From Candidatus Tenderia sp. (GTDB lineage Bacteria > Pseudomonadota > Gammaproteobacteria > Tenderiales > Tenderiaceae), in contig JANOSY010000023.1 of the NCBI GenBank assembly GCA_031416075.1, forward strand, positions 1 through 32,464: 32,464 bases of DNA, written 5' to 3'. The position numbers were made by a program, and so were the translations under genes. Shown here piece after piece: positions 17,723 through 32,258 of the stretch (the stretch's first letter is position 1; the number at the start of each line of letters is the position of its first letter). Below the pieces are notes generated by a model. That model searched no databases. It had not been told where the DNA came from and worked only from the letters and a program-made list of their open reading frames with translations.

Positions 17723-19209
17723 TGAAAAAAATACACTTTTCTAAAGATGTTGTGATGGCGTCAATTATCGTCATCTTACTGCTGGTTGTGGGGGTGGGCG
17801 GCGGCCGGTGGTGGGGGCAACAGAGTGTTGTCGCGGTTCCGCCAGCAGAGGCTCAACTGGTTGTGCCGGAGCAGCAGGTGCTCTACTGGTATGACCCGAT
17901 GGTACCGCAACAGCGTTTTGATAAACCGGGACCCTCACCTTTTATGGATATGGATCTGGTTCCGATGTACGCCAACATGGATAGCACCAGTAATGCGGTA
18001 AAAATCGATCCCCTGATTACTCAAAACCTGGGGGTGAGACTGGCCACGGTGACACGAATCCCTCTGTCAACGCAGGTTGAAGCGACGGGGGTGATTGGTT
18101 TTAACGAACGTGATGTGGCGGTGGTGCAGAGCCGTAGCAGCGGGTTTGTTGAGCGTGTCTGGCCGATGGCACCGGGTGACTTGGTGAAGGCGGGTGCCCC
18201 TCTGGTGGAGATGTTGGCACCGGAGTGGACGGCAGCTGAGTATGAGTTGTTGGCGTTGAAGTCAGTGGGTGATGCCTCGCTGGTTGCCGCGGCCCGTCAG
18301 CGGTTGCGAATGTTGGGTATGCCCAAAGCGATGATCGCGGCGGTCGAAAAGAGTGGTACGGTCCGCTCCAGCTTTACCGTGACTGCCCCCATCTCGGGGG
18401 TGATTGAGTCACTGGATATGCGCCTGGGTATGGCGGTATCGGTCGGGCAGACGGTTGCGCGGGTGAGAGGGTTGTCCACTGTCTGGCTGGAGGTGGCTGT
18501 GCCGGAGATATATGCCGGTGTCTTGCGTAGTGGTGCCGCTGCGGAGATTCGTCTGGCCGGATTCCCGGGGCAGATGCTGGTCGGCAAGGTCACCACTATC
18601 CTGCCGATGCTTAATGAGACCACCCGCAGTCTGCGGGTGCGGATTGAACTGGCGAACCGTGATGGCAGTTTACGTCCAGGGCTTTCCGGGCATGTATTGC
18701 TGAGGGTGTCGACCCCCGAGTCGGTGCTGGCACTGCCCACAGAGGCGGTGATCCGTAGCGGTAAGCGCTCTATGGTGATGGTGGCTCACGAAGCGGGCAA
18801 ATTTGAGCCTGTGGAGGTGGAGATAGGGCGTGAGATTGGCGCGCAGACGACGATTATGGCCGGGTTGAACGAGGGGGACAAAGTGGTCTCCAGTGGTCAA
18901 TTCCTGATCGATTCGGAGGCTAGTTTTAAAGGGATTATCGCCCGCTCGTCTAGCGAAGCGCCGAGCACCCCTGCACTGGTGCTGCATGAGGCGACCGCCA
19001 TTATCAGTGAGCTTGCCCCTGGCGAGGTCACTCTGGACCATGGACCCTTTAAAACGTTGGCAATGCCGGGTATGGAGATGATCTTCCCCCTGGCTAAACC
19101 TGAGTTAGTGAATGGTTTGAAGGTGGGGGACCGTGTATCGGTTGCCGTCAGCCAGCGTGACGCAGGGTTGTTTGTTGAGAAGCTGAACAAGATTGGGGGC
19201 GGTTCATGA
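17722..19209 (+). CDS. cusB: CusB-type RND periplasmic adaptor with N-terminal heavy-metal-binding motif and C-terminal CusF-like domain
   Basis: [56 protein letters not shown]-terminal [20 protein letters not shown]. Confidence 0.9.
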   Translation: MKKIHFSKDVVMASIIVILLLVVGVGGGRWWGQQSVVAVPPAEAQLVVPEQQVLYWYDPMVPQQRFDKPGPSPFMDMDLVPMYANMDSTSNAVKIDPLITQNLGVRLATVTRIPLSTQVEATGVIGFNERDVAVVQSRSSGFVERVWPMAPGDLVKAGAPLVEMLAPEWTAAEYELLALKSVGDASLVAAARQRLRMLGMPKAMIAAVEKSGTVRSSFTVTAPISGVIESLDMRLGMAVSVGQTVARVRGLSTVWLEVAVPEIYAGVLRSGAAAEIRLAGFPGQMLVGKVTTILPMLNETTRSLRVRIELANRDGSLRPGLSGHVLLRVSTPESVLALPTEAVIRSGKRSMVMVAHEAGKFEPVEVEIGREIGAQTTIMAGLNEGDKVVSSGQFLIDSEASFKGIIARSSSEAPSTPALVLHEATAIISELAPGEVTLDHGPFKTLAMPGMEMIFPLAKPELVNGLKVGDRVSVAVSQRDAGLFVEKLNKIGGGS

Positions 19210-22200
19210 TTGCTGGGGTGATCCGCTGGTCAGTGGGTAACCGTTTTTTGGTGCTGTTGGCAACGCTGTTTATTACGGCGGCGGGGCTGTTATCGATTAA
19301 GACAATCCCCATTGATGCGCTGCCCGATCTGTCTGACGTGCAGGTGATTATCCGTACCAGTTTTCCTGGTCAGGCACCACAGATTGTGGAGAATCAGGTC
19401 ACCTATCCCATGACCACTACCATGCTTTCGGTACCGGGGGCCAAGACGGTGCGTGGCTTCTCGTTTTTTGGCGATAGCTTTGTCTATGTGATCTTTGAGG
19501 ATGGCACGGACCTTTACTGGGCCCGTTCACGGGTGCTGGAATATCTCAATCAGGTGCAGAGCCGTCTGCCAGCGACGGCCCGCTCTTATCTGGGGCCCGA
19601 TGCGACGGGTGTTGGCTGGATCTATCAGTATGCGTTGGTGGATCGGAGCGGTCAGCACGATCTAGCACAGTTGCGTTCATTGCAGGACTGGTTTCTTAGG
19701 TACGAACTTAAAACGTTGGCCAATGTATCAGAGGTCGCCACCATCGGCGGCATGGTTAAACAGTACCAAGTGGTGCTTGATCCGGTAAAACTGGCCAGCT
19801 TTGGTATTACCTATGGCGAGGTACGTGAGGCGATTCAGTCCGCCAACCAGGAGACCGGCGGTTCGCTGCTGGAGTTGGGTGAGGCGGAGCTGATGGTGCG
19901 GGCCAGCGGTTACCTGAAGACCATTGTCGATTTTCGCCCCATCCCGCTCAAACTGGTGGGTGGTGTGCCGGTGCTGCTGGGTGATGTGGCCCATATTCAG
20001 CTGGGGCCGGAGATGCGGCGTGGCATCGGCGAGCTGGATGGTGAAGGGGAAGTAGTGGGCGGGGTGGTGGTGCTGCGTTCGGGTAAAAATGCCCGCACCA
20101 CCCTTGAAGCGGTGCATGCCAAGCTGGAGGAGTTGAAAGGCAGCCTGCCCGCTGGGGTGGAGATTGTCACCACCTACGACCGCAGCCAGCTCATCGACCG
20201 GGCGGTGGAGAATCTGAGCTACAAGTTGATTGAGGAGTTCATTGTGGTGGCGCTGGTCTGTGCGCTGTTCCTGTGGCATCTGCGGTCGTCACTGGTGGCG
20301 ATAGTCTCGCTGCCGCTGGGGATTTTGATCGCCTTTATCATCATGCGGCAGCAGGGGATTAACGCCAACATCATGTCCTTGGGCGGCATTGCCATTGCCG
20401 TGGGGGCCATGGTGGACGCTGCCGTGGTGATGATTGAAAACGCCCATAAAAAGGTGGAGCAGTGGCAACATGCCAACCCCGGTCAACAGCTCAAAGGGGA
20501 GGCCCACTGGCGGGTCATGACCGATGCAGCGGTTGAGGTGGGGCCAGCACTCTTCTTCTCACTGTTGATTATTACTCTCTCATTTATTCCGGTATTCACC
20601 CTGCAGGCGCAGGAGGGACGGTTATTCGCCCCGCTGGCCTTCACCAAAACCTATGCCATGGCGGCGGCGGCGGTGCTGTCGGTGACACTGATTCCAGTGC
20701 TGATGGGGCTGTGGATTCGTGGCAAGTTACCGGATGAGTCACGCAATCCGCTTAATCGTGGATTGATCTGGCTCTACCGGCCACTGCTGGAGAAGGTATT
20801 ACAGTGGCCAAAACTGACACTGCTGGCAGCAACACTGCTCTTTTTTACGGCGCTCTGGCCGGTGAGCCAGTTGGGTGGGGAGTTTCTGCCGCCGCTGGAT
20901 GAGGGTGATCTGCTCTACATGCCCAGTGCGTTGCCAGGGTTGTCGGCACAAAAAGCGAGTGAGCTGTTACAGCAGACTGACCGTATGATCAAAACCGTGC
21001 CTGAGGTGGCGCGGGTCTTTGGCAAGGCGGGACGTGCCGAGAGTGCCACCGATCCCGCACCGCTGGAGATGTTTGAGACCACGATCCAATTTAAACCGCG
21101 TGATCAGTGGCGTGCCGGTATGACAGCGGAAAAGCTGGTGGAGGAGTTGGATAAGGCTGTTCATGTGCCGGGGTTAGCCAATATCTGGGTACCACCAATC
21201 CGTAACCGTATTGACATGTTGGCCACAGGTATTAAAAGCCCCGTGGGGGTCAAGGTGGCGGGTACTAATCTGGCTGATATTGACCGCGTTGCCCAGGAGG
21301 TAGAGCGCATTGCCAAGGGTGTGCCGGGGGTCTCGTCGGCACTGGCCGAGCGGCTGACCGGGGGGCGTTATGTTGACGTGGATATAAATCGTGCCGCGGC
21401 AGCCCGTTATGGGTTGAGTATTGCCGAGATACAGGCGGTAGTTGCCGGTCTGGTGGGGGGGGATAACGTCGGTGAAACCGTTGAAGGGTTGGCCCGTTAT
21501 CCGATCAACGTACGTTACCCACGGGAGTGGCGCGACACTGTAGAGGGGTTGGGTGCTCTGCCCATCATTACCCCAATGGGCAGCCAGATTACCTTGGGCA
21601 TGGTGGCGGCCATTAAAGTGACTTCTGGCCCGCCCATGCTCAGGAGTGAAAATGCGCGGCTGAGTGGCTGGGTCTATATCGATGTTCGTGGTCGTGACCT
21701 CTCATCCACAGTGGCCGATCTGCGTGCTGCGGTGGCAAAAGAGGTCAAGCTTGAAACCGGTATGAGCCTCTCCTACTCAGGCCAGTTTGAGTTTCTGGAG
21801 CGCGCCAATGCCCGCCTCAAGTGGGTAGTGCCGGGCACACTGATGATCATCTTTGTCCTGCTCTACCTCACCTTCGGCCGTTTTGATGAGGCGCTGCTGA
21901 TCCTGGCCACGCTCCCCTTTGCGCTGACGGGAGGGATCTGGTTTCTCTACTGGATGGGGTTCAATCTCTCGGTGGCCACCGGGGTCGGTTTTATCGCACT
22001 GGCGGGGGTCTCTGCCGAATTTGGGGTGATCATGCTGATCTATCTTAAACAGGCGTGGCAGAGTCGACTGGATGCCGGTGATACCAGCGCCGCCGGGCTG
22101 CTTGATGCCATCCGCGAAGGGGCGGTGATGCGGGTGCGACCCAAGGCCATGACTGTCGCTGTGATTATTGCTGGCCTGCTGCCGATCTTGTGGGGCAGCG

Positions 22201-22364
22201 GTACCGGCAGTGAGGTGATGAGCCGCATTGCAGCACCCATGGTGGGCGGCATGATCACGGCACCACTCTTATCACTCTTTGTTGTCCCGGCTGCGTATTG
22301 GCTGATGCGCCGTCGTCCACTCACTCAGCCATCCACTTCGTCAACTGAAGGAGCAATTCAATGA
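19206..22364 (+). CDS. cusA: CusA/SilA Cu(I)/Ag(I) RND efflux permease
   Basis: [26 protein letters not shown], Met triad regions LYMPS, PLEMFET and [14 protein letters not shown]. Confidence 0.96.
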   Translation: MIAGVIRWSVGNRFLVLLATLFITAAGLLSIKTIPIDALPDLSDVQVIIRTSFPGQAPQIVENQVTYPMTTTMLSVPGAKTVRGFSFFGDSFVYVIFEDGTDLYWARSRVLEYLNQVQSRLPATARSYLGPDATGVGWIYQYALVDRSGQHDLAQLRSLQDWFLRYELKTLANVSEVATIGGMVKQYQVVLDPVKLASFGITYGEVREAIQSANQETGGSLLELGEAELMVRASGYLKTIVDFRPIPLKLVGGVPVLLGDVAHIQLGPEMRRGIGELDGEGEVVGGVVVLRSGKNARTTLEAVHAKLEELKGSLPAGVEIVTTYDRSQLIDRAVENLSYKLIEEFIVVALVCALFLWHLRSSLVAIVSLPLGILIAFIIMRQQGINANIMSLGGIAIAVGAMVDAAVVMIENAHKKVEQWQHANPGQQLKGEAHWRVMTDAAVEVGPALFFSLLIITLSFIPVFTLQAQEGRLFAPLAFTKTYAMAAAAVLSVTLIPVLMGLWIRGKLPDESRNPLNRGLIWLYRPLLEKVLQWPKLTLLAATLLFFTALWPVSQLGGEFLPPLDEGDLLYMPSALPGLSAQKASELLQQTDRMIKTVPEVARVFGKAGRAESATDPAPLEMFETTIQFKPRDQWRAGMTAEKLVEELDKAVHVPGLANIWVPPIRNRIDMLATGIKSPVGVKVAGTNLADIDRVAQEVERIAKGVPGVSSALAERLTGGRYVDVDINRAAAARYGLSIAEIQAVVAGLVGGDNVGETVEGLARYPINVRYPREWRDTVEGLGALPIITPMGSQITLGMVAAIKVTSGPPMLRSENARLSGWVYIDVRGRDLSSTVADLRAAVAKEVKLETGMSLSYSGQFEFLERANARLKWVVPGTLMIIFVLLYLTFGRFDEALLILATLPFALTGGIWFLYWMGFNLSVATGVGFIALAGVSAEFGVIMLIYLKQAWQSRLDAGDTSAAGLLDAIREGAVMRVRPKAMTVAVIIAGLLPILWGSGTGSEVMSRIAAPMVGGMITAPLLSLFVVPAAYWLMRRRPLTQPSTSSTEGAIQ

Positions 22365-22696
22365 AAAAGTTAATCCCTTACGGACTACTGGCAGCACTGT
22401 TTGTTACTCCCACCGTCTTTGCCGGTGACATGGCAGGCATGAAAATGGGTGATACAGAGGCCGCGGCTGTTCAATCTGCCCAGACCACCGGTGTGGTTAA
22501 TGCTATTGATGCTGCCAAAGGTAAGGTCACCATTACCCATGAACCGGTGCCATCACTCAACTGGCCAGCCATGAAAATGGGTTTTAAAATCAAACCGGAG
22601 CTGAGCAGTAATTTAGTGGTCGGCCAGAAGATCGACTTTGATTTTGTAATGGAAGGACGGACTGCCGTCATTACAAAAATAGTGGCTGCAAAATAG
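22361..22696 (+). CDS. cusF: Periplasmic Cu/Ag chaperone
   Basis: Signal peptide, [20 protein letters not shown] (H, W, M, M site); ATGA overlap with cusA. Confidence 0.92.
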   Translation: MKKLIPYGLLAALFVTPTVFAGDMAGMKMGDTEAAAVQSAQTTGVVNAIDAAKGKVTITHEPVPSLNWPAMKMGFKIKPELSSNLVVGQKIDFDFVMEGRTAVITKIVAAK

Positions 22697-22855
22697 CGCG
22701 CTGTGCATAGCCCCGGCACCTGATTGGGTAAAGGGGCTTCCTTGTAGTGGCAAATAGTTAACATCGGCTGTCGAGTCGTGTCGCTGGCAGAAGAGTGGTG
22801 TGAGTGTTTTGTGTGGAGAGGGCTGTCTGTTGTTGGGATAGCCACAGTTAAACCG

Positions 22856-22892
22856 TTGTCTCCTTTGCAATCTTGACGTTATACTCGTGCCC
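22856..22892 (+). promoter_or_regulatory. sigma70 promoter giving a probable leaderless transcript of the czc leader gene
   Basis: TTGTCT(22856-61)-N18-TATACT(22880-85), then 7 nt to ATG 22893, with no SD. Confidence 0.55.
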
Positions 22893-23231
22893 ATGAAGCG
22901 GCTGTTGCTCACTTTTTTACTGTTGATATTGCCATTCCAGATCTCCTGGGCAGTGGTGGCACCCTACTGTCAGCATGAAAAGGCACCGTCGGTTCAGCAC
23001 TTTGGCCATCACGAACATGAACATCAGCCATCGCAAGATGTTGATGGCGAAGGTGTGGCTGAGGTCCATAGTGATTGTGGATTTTGCCATCTCAGTATGA
23101 GTTCAATGTTACTGCAGCTGGCGCAGATGGTCCCCTCTCCTAACATCGCCTATATCGAATCCCCTCCTGTTGTATATCGTTCCTACATTCCTAACGGTCC
23201 CGAACGCCCCAAATTACTCTCCGTCGCGTAA
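22893..23231 (+). CDS. czcI: CzcI-like small His/Cys-rich leader protein
   Basis: MKRLLLTFLLLILPFQISWA, YCQHE, HFGHHEHEH, HSDCGFCH, C-terminal PERP; directly upstream of czcCBA. Confidence 0.8.
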   Translation: MKRLLLTFLLLILPFQISWAVVAPYCQHEKAPSVQHFGHHEHEHQPSQDVDGEGVAEVHSDCGFCHLSMSSMLLQLAQMVPSPNIAYIESPPVVYRSYIPNGPERPKLLSVA

Positions 23232-23301
23232 GCCGGCGGGACAATCCTTTTTACCTATCATCCCCGCCGAATTTCTTCCTTAGTATTATCAGGAGAGTTC
23301 G

Positions 23302-24588
23302 ATGCTCAGATTTCTATTGCCGCTGGGGCTGGCGGTTGTCTATTTCAGCCCATCATCTGCACAAGCAGTTGATATTGGTGCGACTAATGTTGCTGAAGGG
23401 GGTGCGGGCCACTCTCTGTATACAACGCCAGCGCTGACGCTAGAGATGGCCCTGGCGCGGGCGCTTGACGCTAATCCTGAGCTGCTGGCGGCGGTGCATG
23501 AATCAGCCGCAGAGCGTGCCATCATCACCCAGGCGCAGCTTTTGCCCAATCCACACATCTCCACGCAGATTGAAGATACCCGCCGGGCAACCCGTGTCAC
23601 AACGTTGCAATTGAACCAGCTGATTGAGCTGGGCGGGAAGCGTGACGCCCGTATTGAGGCCGCCGAGCGTGGTGGCGATGTTGCATTGGCGGTGCTGGCA
23701 GCCAAACGTGCCGATGTGCGGGCGGCGGTCGGGGGTGCGTTTTTTGATCTGCTGACAGCGCAGGAGCAGTGGCGACTTGCCGAAAACTCAATGGCGCTGG
23801 CAGGGCGGGCAACAGTGGCGGTGGCACGGCGGGTGACAGCGGGTAAGGTCTCGCCGGTGGAGGAGGGCAAGGCGCGGGTGGCAGAGGCTGAGGTAGGTCT
23901 GCTGTTGCTGCAGGCTCAGAGCGACCTGGCTATGGCGCGTCAACGTCTGGCCGCCACCTGGGGCGATTCAGAGGCGCAGTTTGAGTCTGTGGCAGGGGAC
24001 CTCTCTGTTTTACCTTCACTGCCACCATTAACGGCGTTGACCCGAGCGCTTGTGAGTGCCCCCGTGATGTTACGTGAACGGTTGGCACTGGAGCGTCGTC
24101 AGGCATTGGCTGATGTTGAACGTCGTCGCCGCACGCCTGATGTGACGGTGAGTCTGGGGGTTAAACGTGATGAGGCGTTGGCGCGTAATCAGGCAATTTT
24201 AGGACTCACTGTTCCAATCCCGCTGTTTGATCGTAATCAAGGCAATGTGCTGGAGACGTTACGGCGCACCGATAAGGCGCGGGATGAGCTGGTGGCAACG
24301 GAGCTGCATTTAACCGTTGCCCTGGCACAGGCCCACGCAGGATTAAGTGTGGCGCGGCGGACGGTTGATGCGCTGCGTAATGAGGTTCTTCCCGGTGCAC
24401 AAACGGCCTACGATTTGGTGACCCGAGGTTTCGAGCTGGGGAAGTTTAATTTCCTTGAGGTGCTGGATGCCCAGCGTACCCTGATACAGGCAGAGTTCCA
24501 ACATTTACGTGCGCTGTCTGACGCACACCGAGCGGCGGTGGAGATTGAGCGGTTGCTCGGTGGTCTCCCTGTTGTCTCCCCTTTATAG
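23302..24588 (+). CDS. czcC: CzcC-like TolC-family outer membrane protein
   Basis: AGGAG RBS; LPNP, QLIELGGKR.ARI, AGKVSPVE, PIPLFDRNQGN, GKFNFLEVLDAQRTL. Confidence 0.92.
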   Translation: MLRFLLPLGLAVVYFSPSSAQAVDIGATNVAEGGAGHSLYTTPALTLEMALARALDANPELLAAVHESAAERAIITQAQLLPNPHISTQIEDTRRATRVTTLQLNQLIELGGKRDARIEAAERGGDVALAVLAAKRADVRAAVGGAFFDLLTAQEQWRLAENSMALAGRATVAVARRVTAGKVSPVEEGKARVAEAEVGLLLLQAQSDLAMARQRLAATWGDSEAQFESVAGDLSVLPSLPPLTALTRALVSAPVMLRERLALERRQALADVERRRRTPDVTVSLGVKRDEALARNQAILGLTVPIPLFDRNQGNVLETLRRTDKARDELVATELHLTVALAQAHAGLSVARRTVDALRNEVLPGAQTAYDLVTRGFELGKFNFLEVLDAQRTLIQAEFQHLRALSDAHRAAVEIERLLGGLPVVSPL

Positions 24589-24608
24589 CTAATCGCTAGG
24601 TGCTGAAT

Positions 24609-29056
<4,448 letters not shown>

Positions 29057-29268
29057 GTACCTGAGTTGGATGATGATGGGTTTTAATTAGCTGTTATCAA
29101 TACTCGGTTTGTTCTATGATGAGTGGTGTGGTGATTGATAGTTTGATTGTTGTCTAGCCACTGTTATGTCACCACAAGGCATACAATCAGCACGTTTTTA
29201 TGCTGCTGTGTAGTGAGTATAGTTGTCCCAGTAGCATTCCCTTTACATTACACATTGAGGATATTGTC

Positions 29269-29589
29269 ATGGCAGAAGAGATTCGCAAGGAAGTCGATGC
29301 ACTCAAAAACGATATCGCGCAGTTACGTAAAGATATTGCAGGTTTGACCAGCGCGGTTAAAGATGCAGCGGTAGATAAGGTTGATGAGACCAAGGCCCAG
29401 GCGCGAGATAAGATTCACACTGCATGGGAATCGCTTGAGGGCAAACTTAATGAGGCGCTGGGCCAGGGGCGTGAAGGGGCGCACCACGTGGGCCAGAAAA
29501 TAGGTGAACATCCAGCCGCCAGTGTTTTGGCAGCATTTGGGGTTGGTTTTTTAATAGCCAAGCTGCTTGATTTGGGAGAGCGCCGCTGA
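29269..29589 (+). CDS. DUF883 (ElaB/YqjD/YgaM) family tail-anchored protein
   Basis: GAGG RBS; coiled N-terminus and C-terminal IGEHPAASVLAAFGVGFLIAKLL.....RR. Confidence 0.85.
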   Translation: MAEEIRKEVDALKNDIAQLRKDIAGLTSAVKDAAVDKVDETKAQARDKIHTAWESLEGKLNEALGQGREGAHHVGQKIGEHPAASVLAAFGVGFLIAKLLDLGERR

Positions 29590-29861
29590 ATAGCATTGCT
29601 GAGCTGGCAATCGCGCTGGTCGAACTGTTTGAGGCTGAGGGGCGGGCTTTACGACGCTCTACCTTAAATACGTGGCTCTGGTTGATGTGCCTGTCGGTGG
29701 CTGCTGTTCTGGTGCTGGTGGGGGCCATTCTCTTTCTCTGGGCCTGTTATCAGTGGCTCTCTGTGCTGGTGGGGCCGATCATGGCAAAGGCGCTGGTCGG
29801 CCTGTTGGCGATGGCGGTGGCGGGAGGCTTTGCATGGATAGCACTTCGCAAAAACCGTTAA
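29586..29861 (+). CDS. YqjE-like two-TM membrane protein, probable CTG start (absent from ORF track)
   Basis: Manual translation (M)NSIAELAIALVELFEAEGRALRRSTLNTWLWLMCLSVAAVLVLVGAILFLWACYQWLSVLVGPIMAKALVGLLAMAVAGGFAWIALRKNR*; GGAG at 29575-78; in-frame stop at 29568. Confidence 0.75.
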   Translation: MNSIAELAIALVELFEAEGRALRRSTLNTWLWLMCLSVAAVLVLVGAILFLWACYQWLSVLVGPIMAKALVGLLAMAVAGGFAWIALRKNR

Positions 29862-30079
29862 CAACGGCAGAAGCCAAGGTGCGTCTGCGTGTGGCGGCGC
29901 AAAATATCACTGTTGGTGCCTTGATAAATAAGGGCGGATGGCCACTCTTGGGTGTGGCGGCGGTGGCCGGTTTTATTGTGGCCCGGCTGCGGTTGTCAGG
30001 GATGGCCGGTTCGGCCACGGTCAGGCGTACCATCCCGATATTGTTAGATATGTTATTGACGCGCAAGAAATCTGATTAG
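29834..30079 (+). CDS. Small membrane-associated protein (YqjK-position third gene of the DUF883 cluster)
   Basis: GGAGG at 29823-27 before ATG 29834; MDSTSQKPLTTAEAKVRLRVAA...WPLLGVAAVAGFIVAR. Confidence 0.7.
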   Translation: MDSTSQKPLTTAEAKVRLRVAAQNITVGALINKGGWPLLGVAAVAGFIVARLRLSGMAGSATVRRTIPILLDMLLTRKKSD

Positions 30080-30169
30080 AAGATTTCTGCCCCCCTCTTT
30101 TAAAGTCCATATAAGTTTAAACCGATGTTATGAGTGGCACCTCTGGATGTGTCGCGGCTGAGTGAGTGT

Positions 30170-31513
30170 ATGCAAATTTCTCAACAAGATGTGGTTGTTA
30201 TTGGTGGGGGCATCTCGGGTACGGCGCTGCTCTATATGTTGGCCCGTTATACGGACTTGAAACAAATCGCCCTGCTCGAAAAATATTCGATATTGGCATC
30301 GGTCAACTCCCATAGTCGTAATAACAGCCAAACCCTGCATTGTGGCGATATCGAAACCAACTATTCGCTTGAGAAGGCGATTCAGGTAAAGGCATCGGCG
30401 GCGATGGTGGAGCGTTACGCCACCGCGCATGTCGATTGTGAGCGACTGCTCTACCGTTATTCAAAAATGGTACTGGGGGTGGGTGCCCAGGAGTGTGAGG
30501 GTTTGGAGGAACGTTATGAGCGATTCAAATCACACTTTACTTCGTTGGAGCTGTTTGATGAGAAGGCGATCAGTGAGATTGAACCAAATGTGACCCGTGG
30601 CCGTCAGGAGCAGGTACTGGCGCTGGGGGTGAGGAACGAATATAGCGCTGTCAATTTTCAACTGTTATCACAAGCATTTGCTGCGGATGCCCAGGCGGTG
30701 GCGAATAAGTCTGTTGAAGTGCGGTTAAACACGCGGGTGAAACAGATTGAGAGTAAGGGTGACGGGTTTGATGTGGTAACCGGCCAAGGGGTCATCAATG
30801 CGCGGTTTGTGGTGGTCTCTGCCGGTGGCCACAGCCTGCTCTTTGCCCAGCGCATGGGGCATGGGTTGGAGTACGCCTGCCTGCCGGTTGCTGGCAGCTT
30901 TTACTACACCCCCAGCACTCTCAATGGCAAGGTCTACACAGTACAGAACGATAAATTACCCTTTGCGGCGATTCATGGTGACCCGGATGTGCTGATGCCG
31001 GGCAAGACCCGTTTTGGTCCCACTGCCCTGATGTTACCGATGTTGGAGCGTTACAACTACAGCACTATCCCTGAGTTTATGCAGGTTTTTTCCCTGGATG
31101 GCCCGGTATTGGCAGTCATGAAAGACCTGCTCAAGGTCAAGGACATTCGTGACTACTTGTTTAAAAATATGTTGTTTGAGGTGCCGATATTGCGCCGTCA
31201 TCTGTTCCTGAAAGATGCCCGCAAGGTGGTGCCGACACTGCAACTGAAGGATCTGAAATTCGCCAAAAAGATTGGCGGTATCCGTCCGGTGATGATCGAC
31301 AAGATCAACCGCAAGCTGCACATGGGTGAGGCGAAGATTGATCCTGGCAATGGCATTATTTTTAATATGACACCCTCACCCGGTGCCACCAGCTGTCTGC
31401 ATAATGCCGAAAAGGATATGCGGATTATCGCTCAGCGGCTGGGCTGCCGTATTGATGATACGGCGTTGATGCAGGATCTAAAACACCCTGACCATCCTTC
31501 TTTCCTTGATTAA
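30170..31513 (+). CDS. mqo: FAD-dependent oxidoreductase, probable malate:quinone oxidoreductase (Helicobacter/Campylobacter-like type)
   Basis: VVVIGGGISG dinucleotide fold, NNSQTLHCGDIETNY, LPFAAIHGDPD, TRFGPTA, GGIRP, FNMTPSPGATSCL. Confidence 0.78.
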   Translation: MQISQQDVVVIGGGISGTALLYMLARYTDLKQIALLEKYSILASVNSHSRNNSQTLHCGDIETNYSLEKAIQVKASAAMVERYATAHVDCERLLYRYSKMVLGVGAQECEGLEERYERFKSHFTSLELFDEKAISEIEPNVTRGRQEQVLALGVRNEYSAVNFQLLSQAFAADAQAVANKSVEVRLNTRVKQIESKGDGFDVVTGQGVINARFVVVSAGGHSLLFAQRMGHGLEYACLPVAGSFYYTPSTLNGKVYTVQNDKLPFAAIHGDPDVLMPGKTRFGPTALMLPMLERYNYSTIPEFMQVFSLDGPVLAVMKDLLKVKDIRDYLFKNMLFEVPILRRHLFLKDARKVVPTLQLKDLKFAKKIGGIRPVMIDKINRKLHMGEAKIDPGNGIIFNMTPSPGATSCLHNAEKDMRIIAQRLGCRIDDTALMQDLKHPDHPSFLD

Positions 31514-31646
31514 CTCAGATCAGGGATGTGCATGCCAGAGTGGTCGACCTGAATGTACAGGATTATCAGGCCAGATCAACAGTTGCTCGATGCAAGGAAA
31601 AGTGCCGGTGATACTGGGTGACAGGCAAAAATGGCGTTTATAGCCA

Positions 31647-32258
31647 TTACACATGGCGCTGGTGTTCGAACTGGGCGCTGGGGCCAGTATGTGTTGATGA
31701 TAAGGAGAGTGTGTTTCTTAGTTCGTGACGGCTGCGTACGTTCATTTTTCGCAAAATATGTGGAACCTGGGTTTTGACGGTCCATTGGCTTTTGCCGAGT
31801 ATCTTGCCGATTTCCCAATTGGTCTTTCCTATCTTCAACCATTTGAGGATCTCCTGCTCTGCGTTTGTCAGGGAGATATGCTCTTCCGTTGCGCCGGAAG
31901 CTTCCGGCGGGCAAGAGATAAGTTTGTGATGAATCTGCTCGGCGAGGAGATCTGCATATGTCCCATAAAGGAAAGTGGAGACCTGATAAAGACAGAAAAA
32001 TGATACGAAGTCGCTATCTGGATCGTAGTGGCCGTGTAGCAACATGTTTTGTACGTCAAACTCTCGGAACATGTCGGCAACGCCAGGATATAGAACCTTG
32101 CTGGATTCGATAAATTGCGGCGTTCTGGCCAGGAGCCAGCGTGACAATACAGGGCAGCCCACCGGGAACAGACGCGTGGCTCGATCGAAGTAGTCAGGGG
32201 GCATGTCGATGGCTTCGGTATGGAGTATGGTTATGCCCAGGGTGGATGGCTCAGCTAG
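31647..32258 (-). pseudogene. LuxR-family regulator (EpsA-like), N-terminus cut off by ISAs1 insertion
   Basis: C-terminal HTH LTNAEQEILKWLKIGKTNWEIGKILGKSQWTVK; NMLLHG...SFF segment. The first 19 codons of ORF 31647-32315 lie inside the IS end. Confidence 0.78.

Noticed and set aside
22709-22738. AGCCCC...GGGGCT hairpin after cusF as a terminator
   Set aside because: Short 6-bp stem, large loop and weak U tail; not supportable as a feature.
29672-29833. N-terminal extension of ORF 29672-30079 (GGCCSGAGGG...)
   Set aside because: Off-frame reading of the hidden membrane gene; the GGAGG-led ATG at 29834 is the better start.
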